Assembly (NCBI GenBank): GCA_965235115.1
Contig: OZ249436.1
Coordinates: 18,044,001 to 18,108,000, forward strand
Source of the DNA: Laetmonice hystrix
Taxonomy: Eukaryota
Reading direction: 5' to 3'
Length of the DNA: 64,000 nt
This document shows positions 41,378 to 52,849 of the stretch, one piece after another (the first letter of the stretch is position 1; every line of letters begins with the position of its first letter). The position numbers and the translations under genes are program-made. A model generated the notes under the pieces. It worked only from the letters and a program-made list of their open reading frames with translations. It was not told where the DNA came from and searched no databases.

Positions 41378-42107
41378 CCATTCGGAAAATCTCGACTTCC
41401 GGTCGCTTCCATGCTCTTGTATTCTCGGACCTCGCAAGATGTAGAGATATAATGTAGATTCCACGGGTTTGGGCACATCACGAATCGCGTAGTGCGCAAA
41501 GTAGTTCGCAGATCGTCGGTATCCAGCCTCGCGCGGGATTGTTCATCGGGAAAGATAAAAAATTTCCGAAGATTTGCAGTCTCGATCGTTCTCAGCAGCG
41601 ACACATTCAGTTTTGCAGTATTTATTAAATCATACGACTTTACCAGTTTGCATCGACATAAGAAATGACGTCATATGCCCAAGGGAATCCCGAGGGAATC
41701 CCGAGTGAGACAGCGCGTTCGTGGGACGCACGTCGACATCCGTTAAATTACCTTACCCAGTGCCAATGGGCGATTTCATTCAACTGACCAAGACCTCCTA
41801 AATGTGACTTAATGTGGCTCAATAGCTGGCAGTGATAGCCATCTCGGCCTACACTTTATCACTCAACTTTTGATGTTTCCAATCAATCAAGGTAAGCGAG
41901 CATGCCGAGCTGGGCGGAGCTGGGCGTCGATCTACCGTCTGACGATAAACAATGCCAATAGCAATGTCAACATCTAAAAAAGTATCTATAGATTTTCTTT
42001 GGCGTCTAATCTACCTGTCAGAGGTATCAAGCGGATATCTGCTTTTAAACAAGCCAGACACTGATTGTCTTTCACCTTTTTCGGTGTCTCGGCCGTCGCC
42101 ATTTTGA
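41378..42107 (+). mobile_element. MITE family A, copy 2 (3'-truncated, interrupted at 41744-41934)
   Basis: Colinear with 3137-3890 (minus the 3597-3799 insert), for example GTAGATTCCACGGGTTTGGGCACATCAC and CATACGACTTTACCAG. Confidence 0.9.
41744..41934. mobile_element. 191-bp insertion inside family A copy 2
   Basis: Absent from copy 1 (GACCTCCGTCTGACG at ~3492-3506); flanked by CCGT on both sides; TA...CTA termini with a weak inverted match (CCCAG/CTGGG). Confidence 0.6.
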
Positions 42108-42249
42108 TGTCCGGAAAATTTTGAAATTCAAGGTGTAGGCCTCATTTGGTGAAATCTGATGCATTTTGGAGCACAAAATAAGTTATTCAATGACCAATGT
42201 CAAAAGTCTTATGTAGGCCATGATCGGCAAGTGGGGCGCCATGATGGAT

Positions 42250-42535
42250 CTTCTTTTATCACGTGACACAACGTGGTCAAAACGGCGACGGCCGACACAC
42301 CGACAACTTTGGTGAAAGACAAGCAGTGTCTGGCGTGTTTAAAAACAGATCTCTTGATACCTCTGACAAATGGGTTAGACGTCAGAGAAAATCTATTTAG
42401 GTCTCTATAGATTATAGATTTGCGAGTTGTGATGTACCCAAACCCGTGGAATCACTGTCATATCTCTACGGCTTGCGACGTCCGAGACCACAACTAGCGA
42501 AGCGACCGGAAGTTGCGCCGAGGTTTTCCGAATGG
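42250..42535 (-). mobile_element. MITE family A, copy 3 (inverted, internally deleted)
   Basis: The reverse complement matches ~3137-3254 joined to ~3548-3917 (minus the insert); ends CGAGGTTTTCCGAATGG. Confidence 0.88.
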
Positions 42536-42712
42536 GCATGCAGACAGAGAATTGCCATGATCACGTGTCCACGAAGTATGGTGGTTAAAAACCAAAAAGC
42601 TCTCACTATTCTTAACTCTAAACCTAACTCTTACCGCAAAACCTAACTCTTACCGCAAAACTCTTAACAGATTAACTCTTACCGCTAAACCTAACTTACC
42701 GCTAGTCTCTGT

Positions 42713-42882
42713 GTCAAGCGTCATTTTGAAAATGACGCTCTGAATGCTCAGTATGGAAGCGTTGTTTTTTGACGCGCCGCCCATATGTGAACGGTGTAAT
42801 AGAAAACCATACTGAGCATTCAGAGCGTCATGACGCTTGACGCTCGACGCTTGCCTCTTGACGCCCATGTGTGTCTTGGCCT
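42713..42882. mobile_element. Palindromic MITE remnant (Harbinger-like right end)
   Basis: Perfect 25-bp inverted repeat ATGACGCTCTGAATGCTCAGTATGG (42732-42756 / 42807-42831) inside TCAAGCGTCA/TGACGCTTGA; ends GTGTGTCTTGGCCT|TTA. Confidence 0.55.
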
Positions 42883-44479
42883 TTACAATGGAGGAATAGC
42901 TAATGCAGGGACGCCAGAAATTGCTGACGTTTCGGATTCAGAATTGTAAGTTTAATGAAGGCCTACAACATGGTTGGAGCATAGTGCCTTGATACACTCA
43001 AGTATTTCTTTAGTTTTGAAATGAAATATTTGAGGCGGTATATATCGATATAACGGCTGGAATCCCTCAAGAACAGGAAAAGAAGAAAATAATATGGGCT
43101 GGTTTCCTTCCATAGAATAGACAGAATGCTTCATATGGCCCCCAGAGCACTGCCTATGTGGGTGGAGAAAACGCTTTCTCCACCATAATAGAAGATCCTA
43201 CAAGCAGACCTCATTATGGTGAGGATTATTTATAGCTGAGCGTTGAGTGCTTCACAAAGACACCAAGGCTTATGAGAGCACTCGTCAAATAACACTGCAT
43301 GTTACAAGAAACTTCTCTCTGCGATCTGTTCCCGGCTGGTAAGTGGAAGTGGAAATCTCCCAACAATTCCCTACTCCATCATTAGGTGTGTATAGTCAGC
43401 CAGACAGACTGAATCTGCAAACCCAACCCTTCAACGGTTAACCCAACACACATATCAACTCATTTGTTTACGAGACTTGGAATAAATAAAATTGTCATGG
43501 ATTCAAGAGTTTCTCATGCATGACATAATTTCATTGCTAAGTGTCAGCATTGCCTTTTTAAGAATTAAAATTCACAAGGCGGCTGCCACTGCCCCCCCCC
43601 CCCCCCTGCCCTCCCGTGTACTGAGGCGGTCTTTGAGTTCCACGATCCACAGGTGTCGGTGAAATTGCCACAATTAGTGCCATGCTTTTTCAGGACAGCC
43701 AGTTTTAGTGGCGCCATCGGCATCTGTCACCCAGAACATCCCCCTACAAGCAGCTGCTGTATAACATTTGCACTCGGCCATACATAGATATGTGCCCCCA
43801 TAAACAGTCTAATCCTAGACATGCCCACCCTTCCAACCATCTAGGCCTATAGTCTGTTCGCTATAGAGCTCGACCTCGGCCTCAATAAAAGCTCTGACCT
43901 TCCCCCCTCCTCCCGTGGCGTCTACCCACAGCTGGAGTATCACTAGTCATCAGCGCCTGTCATTCAAGAATATGACCAAATTCCAGGTGGTTCTGTGTTA
44001 CCCCAAATGAAGTAATAGCTTTAATGAGGCCGGGGTCGAGCTCTTCTTAGAGCGAACAGCCTATAGACATGTCCACTTTATGCCAAATACAGTACGTAAA
44101 GTTTATATCTCTCGAGGACGGTCAGATAAAACGCCCAGGGGGCGATGGCTTTTATTCTCCCGAGCACAACGGTATAACGCGAACGTGGCCTCTCGACACC
44201 GTTATCAGAATTATTCACATACCGTAAATTCCATCAGACTACAAGAGCTTTTTTATCCTGAACTGCTGCAGTAAATATACCTGATGTTTCTTATCCTGTA
44301 CTGCTGAATTAAATATACCTTAGGTTCACCTTTAGATGTCATTGTTTCTGTCAGAACAAAAAACAGCACTTTGAACATGGGAGAAAAAAACAGATCATTA
44401 CCATCCAAATGATCCCGCCCCTCCAAACAAACTTTATTTCTCATTCATTCCCCCTCATCAGTAACTGTTGTCAACAACT

Positions 44480-45603
44480 TCTCTCTGTTGTCCTGCGTGT
44501 TGTAACTGAAGAGGTCCATCGTCTCTCTGTTGTCCTGCGTGCTGTGGCTGAAGAGGTCCCTATTTCTGTTGTCCTGCGTGTTGTGGTTGAGGAGGTCCTT
44601 CTCCTTTCTGCTGTACTGCGTGTTGTGGTTGAAGAGGTCCGTCGTCTTTCTGTTGTCCTGCGTGTTGTAACTGAAGAGGTCCGTCATCTCTTTGTTGTCC
44701 TGCGTGTTGTAACTGAAGAGGTCCGTCGTCTCTCTGCTGCCCTGCGTGTTGTAACTGAAGAGGTCCGTCGTCTCTCTGCTGCCCTGCGTGTTGTAACTGA
44801 AGAGGTCCGTCGTCTCTCTGCTGCCCTGCGTGTTGTAACTGAAGAGGTCCGTCGTCTCTCTGCTGTCCTGCGTGTTGTGGCTGAAGAGGTCCGTCGTCTT
44901 TCTGATGTCCTGCGTGTTGTAACTGAAGAGGTCCGTCGTCTCTCTGCTGCCCTGCGTGTTGTAACTGAAGAGGTCCGTCGTCTCTCTGCTGCCCTGCGTG
45001 TTGTGGTTGAGGAGGTCCGTCGTCTTTCTGATGTCTTGCGCGTTGTAACTGAAGAGGTCCGTCGTCTTTCTGTTGTCCTGCGTGTTGTAACTGAAGAGGT
45101 CCGTCGTCTCTCTGCTGCCCTGCGTGTTGTGGTTGAAGAGGTCCGTCGTCTCTCTGCTGCCCTGCGTGTTGTAACTGAAGAGGTCCGTCGTCTCTCTGCT
45201 GCCCTGCGTGTTGTAACTGAAGAGGTCCGTCGTCTTTCTGTTGTCCTGCGTGTTGTGGTTGAAGAGGTCCGTCGTCTCTCTGCTGCCCTGCGTGTTGTAA
45301 CTGAAGAGGTCCGTTGTCTTTCTGCTCTCCTGCGTGTTTTGGTTGAAGAGGTCCGTTGTCTTTCTGCTGTCCTGCGTGTTGTGGTTGAAGAGGTCCGTCG
45401 TTTTTCTGATGTCCTGCGTGTTGTGGTTGAAGAGGTCCGTCGTCTTTCTGATGTCCTGCGTGTTGTAACTGAAGAGGTCCGTCGTCTTTCTGCTGTCCTG
45501 CGTGTTTTGGTTGAAGAGGTCCGTTGTCTTTCTGCTGTCCTGCGTGTTGTGGTTGAAGAGGTCCGTCGTTTTTCTGATGTCCTGCGTGTTGTGGCTGAAG
45601 AGT
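44480..45603. repeat. 42-bp minisatellite, ~27 copies, stop-free in several frames
   Basis: Unit GAAGAGGTCCGTCGTCTYTCTGHTGYCCTGCGTGTTGTRRYT; underlies ORFs 44409-45641(+), 44684-45622(-) and 44445-44687(-). Confidence 0.97.
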
Positions 45604-45885
45604 TCACGAGACTCCTGAGCACTTCAACAAGTCATACGTGATATCACGTGATACGTATGGCAGGTCACCTGACGACCACCTGTAGGACATAGGTCGCTTA
45701 GGGTCTGTTTTTTCCTCGGGGCTAAGGCTTAGGACGGGCACCTGCTGGTCGGGGTAGGGGGGTGTTGTATGACAGCTACTAGAATTGTGCTGTTCTCGAA
45801 AACGTGCTGATACGGAAGTGGTGGTGGTTTGCGGGTCCTACTGATTTGGGACTCCATGCCACCTGGTGATTCGTGGATTCTCCCG

Positions 45886-45986
45886 GGGCACCTGCCGATT
45901 CCGGGCTGCCTCAGGGCACCTGCTGATTCCGGGCTGCCTCAGGGCACCTGCTGATTCCAGGCTGCCTCAGGGCACCTGCTGATTCC
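45886..45986. repeat. 28-bp tandem repeat, ~3.6 copies
   Basis: Unit GGGCACCTGCTGATTCCGGGCTGCCTCA. Confidence 0.9.
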
Positions 45987-46989
45987 ATGCCGCCGCAGGA
46001 CTTTCTGATGAGCGCTTGAGGGCACTGCGAGCTCCTTGCGGGCGCTCCGAGCTCCTTGAGGGTGCCCGGTAGTTGAGTGGGCAGCCATAAGCCCGGGCTG
46101 CAGGCCAGTGACAGATGACTGGGGAGGGACGATGGAACTGGTGAATATAGATGACAAAAGTCCGGAATCACTCCTTCACAAGTACTCCACTGTGGGGTAA
46201 GGGGTGGGCGGGGGGTTGAGATTAGAATTCCCACGACGGGAGTCCATCTGTAGCCAGGGACCCAGCGCCAGGGCGTGGTCAGAACGGGCCGGGCTCCACC
46301 CCCGACACGGCCCGATACAGCTCCCATTCAGATCCTTGGGGCCTGATTCTGTGGCCGGCTTTGGTGATAGGTGAATTAGGAGGCTGTCCGGCCGGCAGGG
46401 GATGATCAGTATGCTGGCCTGGCCCCGGGCTGGGCTAGCCGGGAGACCGGGGCTGGTTGGTATGCTGGACGGGCACGATGGGCTGACCGTGTCTCTAAGA
46501 TAATAACCTCAGAGAGAGTCCAACACCTGCCGGCCATTCCAAGGCACCCAGAGGCGCGCTGTCGGCCTCAGGTCTGAGTCCAGCAAGCACGGGCGCGGTC
46601 GTACAGTGGTACTTAAGTCGACAAATAGCCGCGGCTAACTAGGTTTGAGAGGACGATGACACGAACCAATAGATCCGCTGTACGCACCGACTTGAGCGCC
46701 AGCTTCCCCGGGTCCTCGACCCTTCTAAATCATCTTCGTAAGGTCGCTGGTCGCTCCTGATCACTGTATTCAATCAGTATTCGGGCTATTAGCAACTTTC
46801 AGAAAAACGCAAATTACACTGGAACGTGTATAATATTACGGTAATGATTCCACACGAAAACACCATTACGATAGAGGAGAGTCTAATGTTGTATAACGCC
46901 TACTTGAGATCATTCTACTTCAAAAAGGGCGTTCTAGAAGAATCTATAACACTCTTTATGTGTGAACGTTTTGAGATATTGGGCGTGTG

Positions 46990-48013
46990 GCCGACCATGG
47001 GGTACTGAGAGCAGTCAGGGTCCAGCATGGCCCTGCCCGACCATGGAGTACAGAGCAGTCAGGGTCCAGCATGGCCCTGCCCGACCATGGGGTTCTGAGG
47101 GCAGTAAGGGTCCAGCATGGCCCTGCCCGACTATGGGGTACTGAGGGCAGTCAGGGTCCAGCATGGCCCTGCCCGACCATGGGGTTCTGAGGGCAGTCAG
47201 GGTCCAGCATGGCCCTGCCCGACCATGGGGTTCTGAGGGCAGTAAGGGTCCAGCATGGCCCTGCCCGACTATGGGGTACAGAGCAGTCAGGGTCCAGCAT
47301 GGCCCTGCCCGACCATGGAGTACTGAGGGCAGTCAGGGTCCAGCATGGCCCTGCCCGACAATGGGGTACAGAGCAGTCAGGGTCCAGCATGGCCCTGCCC
47401 GACCATGGAGTACTGAGGGCAGTCAGGGTCCAGCATGGCCCTGCCCGACCATGGGGTACTGAGAGCAGTCAGGGTCCAGCATGACCCTGCCCGACCATGG
47501 AGTACTGGGGGCAGTCAGGGTCCAGCATGGCCCTGCCCGACCATGGAGTACTGAGGGCAGTCAGGGTCCAGCATGGCCCTGCCCGACCATGGAGTACTGA
47601 GGGCAGTCAGGGTCCAGCATGGCCCTGCCTGACCATGGAGTACTGAGGGCAGTCAGGGTCCAGCATGGCCCTGCCCGACCATGGAGTACTGAGAGCAGTC
47701 AGGGTCCAGCATGGCCCTTCCCGACAATGGGGTACAGAGCAGTCAGGGTCCAGCATGGCCCTGCCCGACAATGGGGTACAGAGCAGTCAGGGTCCAGCAT
47801 GACCCTGCCCGACCATGGAGTACTGAGAGCAGTCAGGGTCCAGCAATAGCATGGCCCTGCCTGACCATGGAGTAGCCTACTGAGGGCAGTTAGGGTCCAG
47901 CATGGCCCTGCCCGACCATGGAGTACTGAGGGCAGTCAGGGTCCAGCATGACCCTGCCCGACCATGGAGTACTGAGGGCAGTCAGGGTCCAGCATGACCC
48001 TGCCCGACCATGG
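46990..48013. repeat. 46/44-bp minisatellite, ~22 copies
   Basis: Unit CCGACCATGGRGTACTGAGGGCAGTCAGGGTCCAGCATGGCCCTGC. Confidence 0.98.
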
Positions 48014-48420
48014 CCTGACTGACGGATTTATCCGAGACATGAACCGAACCCGCGAAGGGGCGCTGTCGTATCAGGGAGACTTGTCGGACGTCCCTCCACT
48101 CGGACCTTCAAAGGTAACCGAGATACCTGGCTGTTAACACCTTCCAACTTCCATCTTCGGAATGTCGGACTCCATAGCGGCTCAGATACCATCCCCTCCC
48201 TCGGAAATCTGAGTTGCTCCAGTTTAAATCTTCCAAAGTGTACGCCTATAACACAGGTGTACGCATTTGCTCCCCATCATATATTTCTACAGCTAATCTT
48301 TCTCTGGCCAAATCCTGCAAATACTGTTACTGCTATTTAATTTAGCATGGTAGATGTTTGCCATTAAGTAACACCTTCTTCCAAATTAATTGTTTGTTTT
48401 CTCTTCTTTAGTAAAGGTTC

Positions 48421-48530
48421 GCATGGAGGGTGGGAATGTGGGAATGTGGGAAAGTTAGCATGGAAGGTGGGAATGTTAGCATGGAGGGTGGGAATGTTAG
48501 CATGGAGGGTAGGAATGTTAGCATAGAGGA
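48421..48530. repeat. 21-bp tandem repeat, ~4-5 copies
   Basis: Unit GCATGGAGGGTGGGAATGTTA. Confidence 0.85.
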
Positions 48531-49317
48531 ATAACCGTGATGGTCAGTAGTCGGCTCAGCAGTCAGGCGCTCAACATGAGAAATAACGTGGCAACCGTAG
48601 AGAAGAATATAAATTTGATTGAAATTAATAACTACGTGTGTATATATGGTGCCCCACAGGCCTGAACGATCACCGAGTCACGAACGTATAGGCCTACATC
48701 ACGTGGTTACCGCTTCCATCACTGACTAATTCCCTCACTGGTAGACGAGGAGAGCCAGAGATCACTGCCAGCTTGGTGCCATGACAATAATCGACGTCTC
48801 TCAACCAAACATTCCGCTGTCACCTCTGTCTCAGATCTGAGCTCGCGCGAAGGTCATTTAGTAATAACCGCAGAAACAACATTCCCGCCCTTCACGGCAG
48901 TACTGCATTTTCCCCGGCACCAAGCTCAAGACAAAGGTATCTGGACATAGCTGTGTTATAATCCCCGTCTGTGCTGTATCTTACTTATCTTCCATGGATC
49001 CTTGGCTAATACAAACAAACGGACCTCAACCCACGCCCGTAAATCGCCGCCATAAAAAATCCAACCTCATCCCCTCGGAGACCAGGAGGATGCAGCCGCC
49101 TGCTTCAAACAGACACACCCATAATTTGGACAAACGAGCAAAACATATATGGGCATGGAACAAATCAACTTTCATGTGACCACCAGGCCGCTTCTAGCTG
49201 CCAGTCAGGCTTGAAACGAGGCTGCAGGGATCACGTGACGCCGTGACGTATGCGAGGGGGGCAGTGAGTGTAGGGTGTTCCTTTAATAGCTCTCTTCATA
49301 CATACGGTATGTGAGGG

Positions 49318-49762
49318 TAGGATGAGGCAGAGTATAGGATGAGGGGAGTAAGGAGGAGTATAGGATGAGGAGTAGGGAGGAGTATAGGATGAGGGGAGCA
49401 AGGAGGAGTATAGGATGAGGGGAGTAAGGAGGATTATAGGATGAGGAGTAAGGAGTATAGGATGAGGAGTAAGGAGGAGTACAAGATGAGGGGGAGTAAG
49501 GAAGAGTATAGGATGGGGGGAGTAAGGAGAAGTATAAAATGAGGGGAGTAAGGAGAAATATAGGATGAGGAGGAGTAAGGAGTATAGGATGAGGAGGAGT
49601 AAGGAGGAGTATAGGATGAGGAGTATAGGAGGAGGGGGAGTAAGGAGGAGTATAGGAGGAGGGGGAGTAAGGAGGAGTATAGGAGGAGGGGGAGTAAGGA
49701 GGAGGAGGGGGAGTAAGGAGGAGTATAGGATGAAGGGGAGTAAGGAGCTAGTATAGGATGGG
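49318..49762. repeat. Purine-rich irregular tandem repeat
   Basis: GGAGTAAGGAGGAGTATAGGATGAGG-type units; almost no C on the plus strand. Confidence 0.93.
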
Positions 49763-50282
49763 GTTGCAAGTGAAACCGAGGAACTGAAACAGGCCTACCA
49801 TAAATTACCATTTTTTTTATCTAAATATTGCTTCTCTCTTAAACTTAGGTTATTCTCAAAAATGTGGTTTCATTTGAATATAAATGTGCACTCTATCAAA
49901 TTAGTAGGGCATTTTTCATTTAGGATAGCTCTTGTGACGTGACTTTTACGTCACAATATAATGGGTATTTTTTTTTTTTTTTTCGTTTATTTACCCTGGA
50001 GAAGTTTTCGGTACAGAGTGATCGAGTACCGGTTTTCAAAACCGTCCAGCACAAAAACTTTGGCATTACCACAGATTACAGTATGGATCTAATAGCACCG
50101 ACACTACGGAAGTTTTACACCTTAGTGACATACATTAACAATCTGAATGTGGAAAGCACGATACATTATATAATCAGCAAAAACGTAATAGCAGTTATGA
50201 CATATGTGAGATGTGATGAGATGTGATGAATCACGTGCAGTCAAAGTACAGTAGTAAACAATTTGGCCATATGGCAATTACA

Positions 50283-51345
50283 CTAGTTTGGAGCATATTT
50301 GAAACTTTTAAGCGTTGGAATCTGTTTTAGATGTGCTTCCATTTGGTTCCACATAGTAGCTCCCCTATAACATACACTCCTTTTAAATGAGTTCAAGATA
50401 GGACGAGTCACTAGTAGGGTCTTATTATCATGAAGCTGTGTAGTACCCTGTTGTCGACAAAGGTAGGATCGGAACTTCTTGTGTACATGGAATTCAATAG
50501 GTGAGACTCTCTTCTATCCTTGAGTAGGTTCAGTTTAGCTTTGTGGTGAACATCTGAAGTATTTGTATCAGTTGGAAGGTTCAGGCATAATCTTAGTCCT
50601 CTATTCTTAGTTCGGTGGAGTTTAATCAGAAGACCCATATTAGCACCGCCATATAAGCAATCACCATATTCTATATAAGGAAGGACCATTGTTTTATATA
50701 CCTTAAGACAAGCATCATTTGTAAGGTATGTCCTTATTTTAGACAGTAGGTACAACTTGTGGTTTGTCTTTGAAATTGTCTGAGTGATATGTTTAGTGTA
50801 TGTAAGTGAATTATCAAGCGTAACCCCAAGATATTTATAGTCAAGAACACAGACCAATGCGGTATTTGCTATTGTTAGAGTGGGAGTATGGATGTTCTTG
50901 AGTTTATGAGGGGAGGCAAATGTCATAACCTTAGTCTTCTTAGTGTTTACGGTCAAACAGTTCTCATTACACCAGTTTGATAGGGTATCAAGGTCTTCTT
51001 GGAGACTGAGTTTCAATGAACTAATATCTTCTCCAGAAGTATACATCATAGTATCGTCAGCATGTAATTTGATCTTTGAGCTACGAATTGAATAAGAAAT
51101 GTCATTAACGTAGCACAAAAACAAGAGTGGTCCCAGGATTGACCCTTGAGGTACCCCACAGGTGATAGGTAGCGGCTCAGATAACATGTTATTAGCGCTG
51201 GTGCACTGCGTCCGATCACTTAAGTAGTTTTGCATCCAACTAGTTGCTTTGTCCGATAATCCTAAGTAGGACAATTTTCTCAAGAGTATATCATGGTTAA
51301 TGGTATCGAAAGCCTTCTTGAAATCGATAAACACAGCTAGTGTCA
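50283..51345 (-). mobile_element. 5'-truncated CR1/L2-group non-LTR retrotransposon, ORF2 reverse transcriptase remnant
   Basis: Motifs AVFIDFKKAFDTINH, GVPQGSILGPLLF, HADD (canonical Y/FADD), YKYLGVTLD and LPYIEYGDCLY. After a frameshift near 50437 the frame continues LHDNKTLLVTRPILNSFKRSVCYRGATMWNQMEAHLKQIPTLKSFK to a stop at 50283-50285, a typical CR1/L2 C-terminus. There is no endonuclease domain. Confidence 0.93.
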
Positions 51346-51591
51346 CACATGAGTTGTTATGGCAACAGTTGTAGGTCGCTAGTTTCAGCACTTGGACAGA
51401 AAAAAACAACATTGAAAGCCTAAAAGTTTTTTGTAGTATTCTAACAGCCCATTGAGTCAGGCATCAAAGATCTTTACAATCCTGTCTGATGTAGTTTAAA
51501 AGGTCCCTCCTATCTACACTCACACTCACTCACTCAGTTAGATGTCAGCCTTGTCCTCTCATAGTCCTGAACAAACACAGCGCCGCGTCCA

Positions 51592-51795
51592 GTCGGCCTG
51601 GGCCGGGTTCGGGTCGGCCTGGGCCGGGTTCGGGTCGGCCTGGGCCGGGTTCGGGTCGGCCTGGGCCGGGTTCGGGTCGGCCTGGGCCGGGTTCGGGTCG
51701 GCCTGGGCCGGGTTCGGGTCGGCCTGGGCCGGGTTCGGGTCGGCCTGGGCCGGGTTCGGGTCGGCCTGGGCCGGGTTCGGGTCGGCCTGGGCCGG
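51592..51795. repeat. Perfect GC-rich 21-bp minisatellite, ~9.7 copies
   Basis: Unit GTCGGCCTGGGCCGGGTTCGG, with no variants seen. Confidence 0.98.
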
Positions 51796-51804
51796 AGTCT
51801 TCCG

Positions 51805-52080
51805 ACTGATGCAACTGATGGTGACTCCATGGCAACTAATGGTGGCTCCATGGCAACTGATGGTGGCTGTATGACAACCGATGCATGGTGGTTCCATGGC
51901 AACTGTTGTGGTTCCATAGCAACTGATGGTGGTTCCATGGCAACTGATGGTGGCTACATGGCCACTGATGGTGGTTGCATGACAACTGATGGTTGTTCCA
52001 TAGCAACTGATAGTGGTTCCATGGCAACTGATAGTGGTTCCATGGCAGCTGATGGTGGCTCTATAGCAAGTGATGGTAGC
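51805..52080. repeat. Diverged 21-bp minisatellite, ~13 copies
   Basis: Consensus GCAACTGATGGTGGTTCCATG. Confidence 0.93.
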
Positions 52081-52647
52081 ATCGGATGATTTCTGCATGG
52101 TAACTGAGACCGGTTCTTCAAAGTTCCTTATGCCTAACGAGTTTGGCCTAATTCTTAATATTGTGGCCACCTTTCAACTCCGTTCCCCTATTTCCATTAA
52201 TTTTTGAAAATAAAGAAGGTGTGATTAAAAGAAAGAGAGTGGCAGCATTACATTGGGTTTAAGTTGGAGCATTAGAGGCACGTAACATGCTATGTGACCC
52301 CTTAGTTCTAATGACCCACACACACTAAGCTCGGTGCCTTCCATCTCTAACACTAAGACGTAAATATACCATGAGATGAGTTCGGGGTGAGTTACCCAGC
52401 GTTCGCAGGCTTGTCTGTGAACGCTGCCAATTCAATCACGACGAACTTACAGGTGGTCTGTCAGACGCTAGCCATCGGACGATTTGAGCCCCAACATATT
52501 GCCCCGCTCTGCCACTGCCAACCTCTGAGTTTTTTTTGGGGGGGGAGGGGGGGGGGGGGCAAACAACTCTAGCGGACCACTACGTGTGCCACATCTATGC
52601 CGCAGCGCCCTCTAGTGTCAATGACCGGTGCCGGATGTTACGAAGAT

Positions 52648-52849
52648 GGCTTAATCTCCCGTGCTAACCTTCCCGCAAAGTTAGCAGTATGATTTAAGGT
52701 AGCGGGAAGGGAGAGGCATAGAGATAACATTTAGGTGAGGTCTAGGGACCCAGGTTGAAGGTTAAGATCAGGTTTCCGGCTAGGAATAGTGAGAGAGTTG
52801 TAGTTCTTAACCCAAAATTTCATGATTATGTTACCATGGGGATCGAAGA
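52648..52849. mobile_element. Degenerate telomere-like MITE with 6-bp TSD
   Basis: GAAGAT at 52642-52647 and 52850-52855; degenerate TIR CTTAATCTCCCGTGCTAAC vs reverse complement CTTCGATCCCCATGGTAAC; TTAGG/TAGGG-like interior; 202 bp, against 203 bp for 3597-3799. Confidence 0.6.

Noticed and set aside
45650..46700. GC-rich segment as a coding exon or retroelement ORF1
   Set aside because: The frames I translated are broken by stops and by a 28-bp (non-triplet) repeat, and no motif was recognised.
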